From assembly GCF_001457615.1 (NCBI RefSeq), contig NZ_LN831024.1:1140001-1172000 (forward strand): 32,000 nucleotides of DNA, read 5' to 3'. Positions within the stretch are counted from its first letter, which is position 1. Every line of letters begins with the position of its first letter. Below, in pieces: positions 10,000-19,297 of the stretch. The notes beneath the pieces were generated by a model, which searched no databases, was not told where the DNA came from, and worked only from the letters and a program-made list of their open reading frames with translations. The stretch comes from Pseudomonas aeruginosa. Lineage in GTDB: Bacteria > Pseudomonadota > Gammaproteobacteria > Pseudomonadales > Pseudomonadaceae. The translations under genes were made by a program, and so were the position numbers.

Positions 10000-11541
10000 A
10001 TGAAAATTCGTTCGCAAGTCGGCATGGTGCTGAACCTCGACAAGTGCATTGGTTGCCACACCTGCTCGATCACCTGCAAGAACGTCTGGACCAGCCGCGA
10101 AGGCATGGAGTACGCCTGGTTCAACAACGTCGAGACCAAGCCCGGGATCGGCTACCCGAAGGAATGGGAAAACCAGGAGAAGTGGAAGGGCGGCTGGGTG
10201 CGCGCGGCAGACGGTTCGATCCGCCCGCGCATCGGCGGCAAGTTCCGCGTGCTGGCGAACATCTTCGCCAACCCGGACCTGCCCGAGATCGACGACTACT
10301 ACGAACCGTTCGACTTCGACTACCAGCACCTGCATACCGCGCCCAAGGCCGAGCACCAGCCGGTGGCGCGCCCGCGCTCGCTGGTCTCCGGGCAGCGCAT
10401 GGAGAAGATCGAGTGGGGCCCGAACTGGGAGGAGATCCTCGGCACCGAGTTCGCCAAGCGGCGCAAGGACAAGAACTTCGACCAGGTCCAGGCGGACATC
10501 TACGGTGAGTACGAGAACACCTTCATGATGTACCTGCCGCGCCTCTGCGAGCACTGCCTGAACCCGGCGTGCGTGGCGTCCTGCCCGAGCGGGGCGATCT
10601 ACAAGCGCGAGGAGGACGGCATCGTCCTGATCGACCAGGACAAGTGCCGCGGCTGGCGGATGTGCATCTCCGGCTGCCCGTACAAGAAGATCTACTTCAA
10701 CTGGAAGAGCGGCAAGTCCGAGAAGTGCATCTTCTGCTACCCGCGCATCGAGGCCGGCCAGCCCACCGTCTGCTCGGAGACCTGCGTCGGGCGCATCCGC
10801 TACCTCGGCGTGCTGCTCTACGACGCCGACCGTATCCACGAAGTGGCCAGTTGCGAGAACGAGCGCGAGCTGTACGAGAAGCAACTGGAGATCTTCCTCG
10901 ATCCGTTCGACCCGGCGGTGATCGCCCAGGCGCGCAAGGATGGGGTGGCCGACAGCGTCATCGAGGCGGCGCAGAAGTCGCCGGTGTACAAGCTGGCGAT
11001 GGACTGGAAGCTGGCCCTGCCGCTGCACCCGGAATACCGCACGCTGCCGATGGTCTGGTACGTGCCGCCGCTGTCGCCGATCCAGAACGCCGCCGCCGAG
11101 GGGCACATCGGCAGCGACGGGGTGATCCCGGACGTCGAGTCGCTGCGCATCCCCGTGCAGTACCTGGCCAACCTGCTCACCGCCGGCGACACCGCGCCGG
11201 TGCTGCTGGCGCTCAAGCGCCTGCTGGCGATGCGCGCCTACAAGCGCGCCGAGCACGTCGAAGGCCGCCAGGACCTGGAGGTGCTGGCCAAGGTCGGGTT
11301 GAGCGTGGAGCAGGTGGAGGAGATGTACCGCTACCTGGCCATCGCCAACTACGAGGATCGCTTCGTGATCCCCAGCGCGCACCGCGAGGAAGCGCTTTCC
11401 GATGCCTTCGCCGAGCGTTCCGGCTGTGGCTTCAGCTTCGGCAACGGCTGTTCCGGCGGCAGCAACTCCGCCGTCAACCTGTTCGGCGGCAAGCCGACCA
11501 ACCGCCGCGACGTGATCCAGGTCGTGCAGATCCAGGAGTGA
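10000..11541 (+). CDS. narH: Respiratory nitrate reductase beta subunit NarH (Fe-S)
   Basis: MKIRSQVGMVLNLDKCIGCHTCSITC... with four Cys clusters (CEHCLNPACVASCP, CRGWRMCISGCPYKK, CIFCYPR). ATG 10000 follows GAGGAGAG. 513 aa. Confidence 0.95.
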   Translation: MKIRSQVGMVLNLDKCIGCHTCSITCKNVWTSREGMEYAWFNNVETKPGIGYPKEWENQEKWKGGWVRAADGSIRPRIGGKFRVLANIFANPDLPEIDDYYEPFDFDYQHLHTAPKAEHQPVARPRSLVSGQRMEKIEWGPNWEEILGTEFAKRRKDKNFDQVQADIYGEYENTFMMYLPRLCEHCLNPACVASCPSGAIYKREEDGIVLIDQDKCRGWRMCISGCPYKKIYFNWKSGKSEKCIFCYPRIEAGQPTVCSETCVGRIRYLGVLLYDADRIHEVASCENERELYEKQLEIFLDPFDPAVIAQARKDGVADSVIEAAQKSPVYKLAMDWKLALPLHPEYRTLPMVWYVPPLSPIQNAAAEGHIGSDGVIPDVESLRIPVQYLANLLTAGDTAPVLLALKRLLAMRAYKRAEHVEGRQDLEVLAKVGLSVEQVEEMYRYLAIANYEDRFVIPSAHREEALSDAFAERSGCGFSFGNGCSGGSNSAVNLFGGKPTNRRDVIQVVQIQE

Positions 11542-11546
11542 GCGCC

Positions 11547-12287
11547 ATGAACGATCACAGCCAACTGTTCCGCCTGCTCGCCCTGCTACTCGACTATCCA
11601 CGCGCCGAGCTGCGCGAGGAGAGCCTCGGCCTGCATGCGCTGATCCGCACCTGCGAACTGCCGGAAGCGCTGCGCGACGGCCTCGCGGCGCTGCTCAACG
11701 AGCTCTGCCAGGGCGACCTGCTGGACGTCCAGGCGCGCTACGACGGTCTCTTCGAGCGCGGCCGCTCGGTCTCGCTGCTGCTCTTCGAGCACGTCCACGG
11801 CGAGAGCCGCGACCGTGGCCAGGCGATGGTCGACCTGCTCGACCGCTATACCGGGGCCGGCCTGCAGATCGACGTACCGGAGCTGCCGGACTACCTGCCG
11901 CTGTACCTCGAATACCTGTCGCTGCTGCCGTTCGCGGCGGCCAGCGAAGGGCTCGCCGAAGTGGCGCACATCCTCGGCCTGCTGGCGCTGCGCCTGGAGG
12001 AACGCGGCAGCGCCTACGCGGCGATTTTCGAGGCGTTGCTGGAACTCGGCGGCGAGCGCCCGGACCTCGGCGCGTTGCGTCGCGACCAGGCCCAGGAACA
12101 GCGCGACGACAGCCTGGAGGCCATCGACCGGGCCTGGGAGGAAACCCCGGTGAGCTTCACCGACCCCGCCGGCGGTTGCCCGTCGAGCAGCGGCCGCCGT
12201 CCAACGGCGTCCACCGAACAACCATTGCAATGGGTCGCCCAGCCGGTACCGCAGATGCAGTACCGCGCGGCCCGCGAAGGAGTCTGA
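11547..12287 (+). CDS. narJ: Nitrate reductase assembly chaperone NarJ
   Basis: [22 protein letters not shown]..., 246 aa, in the position between narH and narI. The track ORF 10569..12287 is an out-of-gene 5' extension in the same frame. Confidence 0.9.
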   Translation: MNDHSQLFRLLALLLDYPRAELREESLGLHALIRTCELPEALRDGLAALLNELCQGDLLDVQARYDGLFERGRSVSLLLFEHVHGESRDRGQAMVDLLDRYTGAGLQIDVPELPDYLPLYLEYLSLLPFAAASEGLAEVAHILGLLALRLEERGSAYAAIFEALLELGGERPDLGALRRDQAQEQRDDSLEAIDRAWEETPVSFTDPAGGCPSSSGRRPTASTEQPLQWVAQPVPQMQYRAAREGV

Positions 12288-12289
12288 GC

Positions 12290-12973
12290 ATGTCGACCAA
12301 TCTTCTGTTCTTCGGGATCTATCCCTATGTCGCGCTGCTGATCTGCCTGGTCGGCAGCTGGGCGCGCTTCGACCTCTCGCAGTACACCTGGAAGGCCGGT
12401 TCCAGCCAGATGCTCAGCAAGAAGGGCATGCGGGTATACAGCAACCTATTCCACGTCGGCGTGCTGTTCATCCTCGCCGGCCACTTCGTCGGCCTGCTGA
12501 CCCCGGCCTCGGTCTACCACCACCTGATCAGCACCGAGAACAAGCAACTGCTGGCGATGGTCTCCGGCGGCTTCTTCGGCGTGCTCTGCTTCATCGGCCT
12601 GAGCGGACTGATCCTGCGCCGCCTGACCGACGCACGGGTGCGCGCCACCGGCAACGCCTCCGACCTGATGATCCTGCTGGTGCTCTACGCCCAGCTGATC
12701 CTCGGCCTCTCCACCATCGTCGCCTCGACCCATCACATGGATGGCTCGGTGATGGTGATGCTCGCCGACTGGGCCCAGGCCATCGTCACCCTGCGTCCGC
12801 TGGCGGCGGCCGAGGCCATCGCGCCGGTGGGCCTGGTCTACAAGCTGCACGTCGGCCTGGGCCTTACCCTGTTCGTGCTGTTCCCCTTCACCCGCCTGGT
12901 TCACATCGTCAGCGCGCCGGTGTGGTACCTGGGCCGGCGCTACCAGATCGTGCGTCAGAAACGTCCTGCCTGA
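12290..12973 (+). CDS. narI: Respiratory nitrate reductase gamma subunit NarI (dihaem cytochrome b)
   Basis: [24 protein letters not shown]..., 227 aa, five predicted TM helices with conserved His. Starts 2 nt after the narJ stop. Confidence 0.92.
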   Translation: MSTNLLFFGIYPYVALLICLVGSWARFDLSQYTWKAGSSQMLSKKGMRVYSNLFHVGVLFILAGHFVGLLTPASVYHHLISTENKQLLAMVSGGFFGVLCFIGLSGLILRRLTDARVRATGNASDLMILLVLYAQLILGLSTIVASTHHMDGSVMVMLADWAQAIVTLRPLAAAEAIAPVGLVYKLHVGLGLTLFVLFPFTRLVHIVSAPVWYLGRRYQIVRQKRPA

Positions 12974-12982
12974 ACCCTGGGC

Positions 12983-13005
12983 GGCCGGCGCATCCGGCGC
13001 CGGCC
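12983..13005 (+). other. GC-rich stem-loop between narI and the PPIase gene
   Basis: GGCCGGCGC (12983..12991) pairs with GCGCCGGCC (12997..13005), with a 5-nt loop. No U-tract follows, so this is not a classical terminator. Confidence 0.4.
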
Positions 13006-13027
13006 CGCCGAACCGAGGTGATCGATC

Positions 13028-13846
13028 ATGAGTTGCTCCCACTACGAAGAACGCGTCGAGAAGGTCGAACTGCCGCAACTGAAGGTCAACGGCGTGGCCA
13101 TCGGCGAAGACCTGCTGGCCCGCGAGCTGCAATACCACCCGGCGGACAGCTACGCGCTGGCGCTGGAGGCCGCCTGCCGTGCGCTGATCGTCCGCCAGTT
13201 GCTCCTGCAACGGGCCGACGCGCTGGGCATCGAGGCCCGCTGCGAAGACGGCGAGACGCCGGAGGAAGCGCGCATCCGCCAATTGCTGGAGGAAGAGGTG
13301 CAGGTCCCGGAAGCCGACGAAGACGCCTGCCGGACCTGGTACGCGGCCAATCCGGGACGCCTGCTCGGCCCCTGGCGCCTGCAATTGCGCCATGTGCTGC
13401 TGGCCTGCGCGCCGGACGACCTGGAGGGCCGCGAGACGGCGCGCAAGCAGGCTGCGGAGCTGCTCGACGAATTGCGCGGGCATCCCGAGCGCTTCGTCGA
13501 CCTGGCCCGGCGTTTTTCCGCCTGCCCGTCGAAGGAGTCGGGTGGCGACCTTGGCTGGATCGAGCCGGGGCAGACCGTCCCCGAATTCGAGAAGCGCCTG
13601 CTGCGCCGCGCGCCCGGGCTGCTCGAGCATCCGCTGGAAAGCCGCTATGGCCTGCATGTGGTGGAACTGCTGGCGCGCGAAGGCGGCGAGCCGCTCGACT
13701 TCGACGCGGCCCGCGCGCAAATCGCCGCGCACCTGCAAGCGCAGGTGTTGCAGCGAGCGGTGGGACAGTACATCGGCGTGCTGGCGGGAGACGCCTGTAT
13801 CGAGGGCTTCGCCTTCGAGGGTGCGGATGGGGCGCTGGTGCAATAG
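13028..13846 (+). CDS. PpiC/parvulin-type peptidyl-prolyl cis-trans isomerase (NifM-like; recalled as PA3871)
   Basis: 272 aa. The C-terminal rotamase region (RHVLL ... [26 protein letters not shown] ... [11 protein letters not shown]) fits the parvulin family. GAGGTGA RBS. Confidence 0.8.
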   Translation: MSCSHYEERVEKVELPQLKVNGVAIGEDLLARELQYHPADSYALALEAACRALIVRQLLLQRADALGIEARCEDGETPEEARIRQLLEEEVQVPEADEDACRTWYAANPGRLLGPWRLQLRHVLLACAPDDLEGRETARKQAAELLDELRGHPERFVDLARRFSACPSKESGGDLGWIEPGQTVPEFEKRLLRRAPGLLEHPLESRYGLHVVELLAREGGEPLDFDAARAQIAAHLQAQVLQRAVGQYIGVLAGDACIEGFAFEGADGALVQ

Positions 13847-13902
13847 CCTTCGGTGCCGATGTTTCCCTCTCCCTCCCGCACATCAATCGGAGTACCCAGG
13901 AC

Positions 13903-14892
13903 ATGACCGACTGGATCGATGGCCAAGGCCGACAGATCGACTACCTGCGCCTGTCGGTCACCGACCGTTGCGACTTCCGCTGTGTCTACTGCATGGCCGA
14001 GGACATGCGCTTCCTGCCGCGCCAGCAGGTGCTGACCCTGGAGGAGATCGAGCGGGTCGCCCGGCTGTTCGTCGCCGGCGGTGTGCGCAAGCTGCGCCTG
14101 ACCGGCGGCGAGCCGCTGGTGCGGCCCGGCATCGTCGGCCTGTGCGAGCGCCTGGCGGCACTGCCGGGGTTGCGCGAACTGTGCATGACCAGCAACGGCT
14201 CGCAACTGGTGCGCTACGCCGGGCCGTTGTACGACGCCGGCCTGTCGCGTCTCAACATCAGCCTCGATACCCTCGATCCGCTGCGCTTCCGGGCGATCAC
14301 CCGCAACGGCGAGCTGGACAAGGTGCTGGCCGGCATCGACGCCGCCCAGGCCGCCGGTTTCCGCCGGATCAAGCTGAACGCGGTGGTGATGAAGGGGCGC
14401 AACGCCGATGAGGTGCCGGCGCTGGTGGACTTCGCCATCGCCCGCGGCCTGGATATCAGCTTCATCGAGGAGATGCCACTTGGCCAGGTCGGCCGCGAAC
14501 GTGGCGAGAGCTTCTGCTCCAGCGACGAAGTACGCGCGCTGATCGCCCAGCGCCACGCCTTGCTCGACAGCGCCGAGCAGAGCGGCGGGCCGGCGCGCTA
14601 CGTGCGCCTGGTCGAGCATCCGCAGATACGCATCGGCTTCATCTCGCCGCACTCGCACAACTTCTGCGCCACCTGCAACCGCCTGCGCCTGACCGTCGAG
14701 GGCCGCCTGCTGCTGTGCCTCGGCCACGAGCATTCGCTCGACCTGCGCGCGCTGCTGCGCCGCCACCCGCTGCACGACGGGCCGTTGCTGGAAGCGATCG
14801 GCGAGGCGCTCCAGCGCAAGCCGGCGCGCCATGAATTCAGCGCCGCCGGCGAGGTGCAGGTGCTGCGCTTCATGAACATGAGCGGCGGCTGA
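13903..14892 (+). CDS. moaA: GTP 3',8-cyclase MoaA (molybdenum cofactor biosynthesis, radical SAM)
   Basis: [31 protein letters not shown] (CxxxCxxC), C-terminal cluster [10 protein letters not shown], and ends in GG. 329 aa. Confidence 0.93.
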   Translation: MTDWIDGQGRQIDYLRLSVTDRCDFRCVYCMAEDMRFLPRQQVLTLEEIERVARLFVAGGVRKLRLTGGEPLVRPGIVGLCERLAALPGLRELCMTSNGSQLVRYAGPLYDAGLSRLNISLDTLDPLRFRAITRNGELDKVLAGIDAAQAAGFRRIKLNAVVMKGRNADEVPALVDFAIARGLDISFIEEMPLGQVGRERGESFCSSDEVRALIAQRHALLDSAEQSGGPARYVRLVEHPQIRIGFISPHSHNFCATCNRLRLTVEGRLLLCLGHEHSLDLRALLRRHPLHDGPLLEAIGEALQRKPARHEFSAAGEVQVLRFMNMSGG

Positions 14893-15048
14893 GGCGACTC
14901 GGGGCGCCTCCAGCGGGCCTTCGCCAGCGGCCAGGGCGAGGCCGCTCTTCTGGTAGGCCAGCAGGGTCTCGTCGCCGGTCTCGCTGCTGTACAGCTCGCC
15001 CCCGGAAAACATCACGGCATAACCGTCGCAGGAACTGCGTGCGATCAC
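14893..15048 (-). pseudogene. Coding-like remnant with no proper 3' end (possible truncated gene)
   Basis: The minus frame from GTG 15048 reads (M)IARSSCDGYAVMFSGGELYSSETGDETLLAYQKSGLALAAGEGPLEAP with P. aeruginosa-preferred codons (CTG, GAG, ACC, GGC, AAG). There is no in-frame stop before it runs antisense into moaA. An in-frame TAG lies immediately upstream. Confidence 0.25.
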
Positions 15049-15210
15049 CTAGCTGCGCCGCGCGTCCGGGTGGCCGGGCATGTCCAGCCCGGCCTAGTCC
15101 CGTACGTCGCTCAGGCACCCTTCGGTACTCGCGCTCGGCGCCGACCTGGGCGCGCTAGCTGGCGGAGCGCGGCTTGCGACGGGTAGCGAAGCCTCTCAAG
15201 GGCGTTGACG

Positions 15211-15250
15211 AAACGAAAAAATCCCCGCGGCATGAGCGTGACGCGGGGAT
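15211..15250 (-). terminator. Rho-independent terminator, functional only on the minus strand
   Basis: 9-bp stem ATCCCCGCG/CGCGGGGAT (15221..15229 with 15242..15250) and a 12-nt loop. On the minus strand it is followed by TTTTTTCGTTT. On the plus strand there is no T-tract after the stem. Confidence 0.75.
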
Positions 15251-15341
15251 CCAGGCGTAAATAGAGCCTTAACCGTGATAGCTGAAATGGAGCAAGGGGT
15301 GATGTCTGCGTAGCGGAACACCTCGCGGGGTGGCTGTGTAT
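15214..15341 (-). ncRNA. Candidate small RNA ending at the orphan terminator (possibly the NarXL-dependent sRNA PaiI; the 5' end is a guess)
   Basis: A terminator with no upstream minus-strand CDS. TAGTCT -10-like hexamer at 15353..15348. NarL-like heptamers at 15402..15386. No convincing ORF. The 5' end could lie as far upstream as about 15421. Confidence 0.4.
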
Positions 15342-15385
15342 GGCTCAAGACTAAGTCCCGCGGGCCGGCGGGCCTATTCCTCGAA

Positions 15386-15402
15386 GGAGGTAAGGAGGGG
15401 TA
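15386..15402 (-). promoter_or_regulatory. Two NarL-heptamer-like motifs in direct repeat (TACCCCT, TACCTCC)
   Basis: Minus strand TACCCCT (15402..15396) is a perfect TACYYMT. TACCTCC (15392..15386) is 6/7. Their starts are 10 bp apart. Confidence 0.3.
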
Positions 15403-15420
15403 GCGGAGGAGGGACGGCGA

Positions 15421-15453
15421 TTGACGATGTATACTTTTTGGTCCAGATTGGAC
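15421..15453 (+). promoter_or_regulatory. Putative sigma70 promoter of the binding-protein gene with an operator palindrome over the -10
   Basis: TTGACG (15421..15426), 17-bp spacer, CAGATT (15444..15449). The palindrome GTCCAGATTGGAC (15441..15453) is nested in the longer imperfect inverted repeat TATACTTTT...AAAAGTATA (15430..15463). The geometry is the same as at dauB. Confidence 0.45.
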
Positions 15454-15529
15454 GAAAAGTATAAAGACGGATCACCGTCTGTTTCCCGCCCGGGCCGCGG
15501 GCGCACCTTCGTCACCCCTGGAGTCGTCC

Positions 15530-16321
15530 ATGATCAAGTCGCTGAACACCAAGAACCTGCTGGGAGGCCTGCTGCTCGGCGTGCTCGCCAGCGGATCCGC
15601 CGTCGCCGCCGATGGCAACCTGCGAATCGGCATCGAGGCCGCTTACCCGCCGTTTTCCTTCAAGACCGCCGAAGGCGAACTGGCCGGCTTCGACTACGAC
15701 ATCGGCAACGCGCTGTGCGCGCAGATGCAGGTGAAGTGCCAGTGGATCGAGCAGGAGTACGACGGCCTGATTCCCTCGCTGAAAGTTCGCAAGATAGACG
15801 CCGCGCTGTCCTCCATCACCATCACCGAGGAGCGCCGGCGCTCGGTGGACTTCACCCACAAGTACTACTTCACGCCGGGCCGCCTGGTGATGAAGGAAGG
15901 CGCCCAGCTCGACGACAGCTTCAGCCAGTTGGCCGGCAAGCGCATCGGCGTGCAGCGCGGCGCTACCGCCGACCGCTTCGCCAGTGCGGTGCTGGCCAAG
16001 GCCGGTGCCGAAGTGGTGCGCTACACCAGCCAGGACGAGATCTACCTGGACCTGGTGGCCGGCCGCCTCGACGCCACCTTCGCCGACTCCATCCCGCTGC
16101 AGACCGGCTTCCTCGATACCCCGCGCGGCAAGGGCTACGCCTTCGTCGGGCCGGAGTTCAAGGACCCGAAATACTTCGGCGAGGGCGCCGGGATCGCGGT
16201 GCGCAAGGGGGACGCCGAGCTGGTCGGCAAGCTCAACGCGGCGATCGACGCGATTCGTGCCGACGGGACCTACAAGCGCATCGAGGGCAAGTACTTCAAG
16301 AGCGACATCTACGGCGACTGA
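15530..16321 (+). CDS. Periplasmic basic amino acid (Arg/Lys/His/ornithine-type) ABC substrate-binding protein, family 3 (recalled as PA3865)
   Basis: 263 aa with a signal peptide ([20 protein letters not shown]). ArtJ/HisJ-like sequence ([11 protein letters not shown] ... [11 protein letters not shown] ... ITITEERR). No permease or ATPase genes are adjacent. Confidence 0.88.
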   Translation: MIKSLNTKNLLGGLLLGVLASGSAVAADGNLRIGIEAAYPPFSFKTAEGELAGFDYDIGNALCAQMQVKCQWIEQEYDGLIPSLKVRKIDAALSSITITEERRRSVDFTHKYYFTPGRLVMKEGAQLDDSFSQLAGKRIGVQRGATADRFASAVLAKAGAEVVRYTSQDEIYLDLVAGRLDATFADSIPLQTGFLDTPRGKGYAFVGPEFKDPKYFGEGAGIAVRKGDAELVGKLNAAIDAIRADGTYKRIEGKYFKSDIYGD

Positions 16322-16344
16322 CCGCTCGCCGGCGGCGGCTGCCG

Positions 16345-16977
16345 TCAGTCGCCGCCTTCCTTCAGCTCCTTGAGGTGCTTGTAGACCGTCGCCCGGCCCA
16401 TGTTCAGCACGTTGGCCACATAGTTGGCGGCGCTCTTGCCCTTGAACGCGCCCTCGGCGTGCAGGGCCAGGACCAGTTCGCGCTTGTGCTCGCGGGTCAG
16501 CAGGTTCAAGCCGAGCTGGCGCTGCCGCAGCCAGCCGTGCAGGAAGGTGTTGATGCGCTCCTGCCAGTCGTCGCGGAACAGCGCGTCCGGTTGCGGGATC
16601 AGCTTGCTCGGCGAGAGGAACAGGTCGAGCGCCGCCTTGGCGCTCTCGAACAGGCTGATATTCAGGTTGATGCACAGCACCGCCAGCGGCTGGCCGGCGG
16701 CGTCGCGCAGCACGGTGCTGACCGAGCGGATCTTCTGCCCGTCCCAGTTGAGCTTCTCGTAGGGACCGATGTTGCGCTCGTCGCTATCGCCTTCGAGCAT
16801 GTCTTCCAGCGCCGAGTCGTCGCCGACCTCGCGCTTGGACAGGTTGTTGGCGATGTAGTCGACCCGCTGGCTGCGCAGGTCGTGCAGGACCACTTCGGCG
16901 TGGGGGAAGAACAGGGTGGCGATGCCGTCGGCGATCGCCCGGTAGTTCTCCAGGCTGGGGTCTTGGCTCGGGCTCAT
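16345..16977 (-). CDS. dauR: Transcriptional regulator DauR (YheO-like sensor domain + C-terminal HTH)
   Basis: MSPSQDPSLENYRAIADGIATLFFPHAEVVLHDL..., 210 aa, with C-terminal HTH AANYVANVLNMGRATVYKHLKE. Last gene of the dauBAR operon. The track ORF 16345..17670 is over-extended at its 5' end. Confidence 0.85.
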   Translation of the reverse strand: MSPSQDPSLENYRAIADGIATLFFPHAEVVLHDLRSQRVDYIANNLSKREVGDDSALEDMLEGDSDERNIGPYEKLNWDGQKIRSVSTVLRDAAGQPLAVLCINLNISLFESAKAALDLFLSPSKLIPQPDALFRDDWQERINTFLHGWLRQRQLGLNLLTREHKRELVLALHAEGAFKGKSAANYVANVLNMGRATVYKHLKELKEGGD

Positions 16978-17039
16978 GCGCAGGAACTCTCGTGGGACGG
17001 CGGGCGAGGCGAGTGTGCCGCAAACCCGCCGCCGGGTCA

Positions 17040-19137
<2,098 letters not shown>

Positions 19138-19166
19138 GCGATCTCCGGAATGGATGTAAACAATTT

Positions 19167-19199
19167 GTCCATTCTGGACTTTAAGGTATTGCCGGGCAA
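19167..19199 (-). promoter_or_regulatory. Putative dauBAR promoter with an operator palindrome over the -10
   Basis: Minus strand: TTGCCC (19199..19194), 17-bp spacer, CAGAAT (19176..19171). Palindrome GTCCAGAATGGAC (19179..19167). A related copy, TCCGGAATGGA, lies on the plus strand at 19144..19154. Confidence 0.45.
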
Positions 19200-19244
19200 G
19201 CGCCGACCCGCCTCGATGACCGACGGCGGCACCTGCGTGTCGCA

Positions 19245-19283
19245 GAAACGAAAAAGGCGAAGCCGGATGGCTTCGCCTTTTTT
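19245..19283 (-). terminator. Bidirectional intrinsic terminator immediately after rhlB
   Basis: GGCGAAGCC (19256..19264), loop GGAT, GGCTTCGCC (19269..19277). Flanked by AAAAA on one side and TTTTTT on the other, so a U-tract follows the stem on both strands. Confidence 0.8.
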
Positions 19284-19297
19284 CTCCACGCCTGCGT

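Noticed and set aside
3423-11601. Very long ORFs antisense or out of frame to the nar genes: 3423..5603(-) 726 aa, 5829..7535(-), 7718..9967(-), 9853..11601(-), 3488..4714(+), 5357..6160(+). Similar ORFs occur elsewhere: 343..1518(+), 1401..3275(+), 12446..13843(-), 13645..15048(-), 21621..22994(-), 25689..27152(-), 28694..30064(-).
   Set aside because: These are typical shadow ORFs of a roughly 66% GC genome. Their translations are Arg/Ala/Gly/Pro-rich low-complexity sequence with no recognisable domains, and each fully overlaps a gene with clear homology and proper codon bias.
13847-13902. A Moco riboswitch upstream of moaA, as found in front of E. coli moaA.
   Set aside because: Only 56 nt separate the PPIase stop from the moaA start. 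This is far too short for the Moco RNA motif, and no conserved elements are visible.
10569-14892. 5'-extended versions of narJ (10569..12287), narI (12176..12973) and moaA (12922..14892), and similarly of dauR, dauB, the carboxylesterase gene, pcs and others in the track.
   Set aside because: The extensions overlap the preceding genes and translate to Arg/Pro-rich nonsense. Internal ATGs with Shine-Dalgarno sequences give proteins colinear with known homologues.
15210-15220. An identical 11-mer, GAAACGAAAAA, flanks both the orphan terminator (15210..15220) and the rhlB terminator (19245..19255).
   Set aside because: In both cases it is just the U-tract side (TTTTTCGTTTC on the minus strand) of an intrinsic terminator. 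The stems are unrelated, so this is most likely convergence or chance rather than a repeat element.
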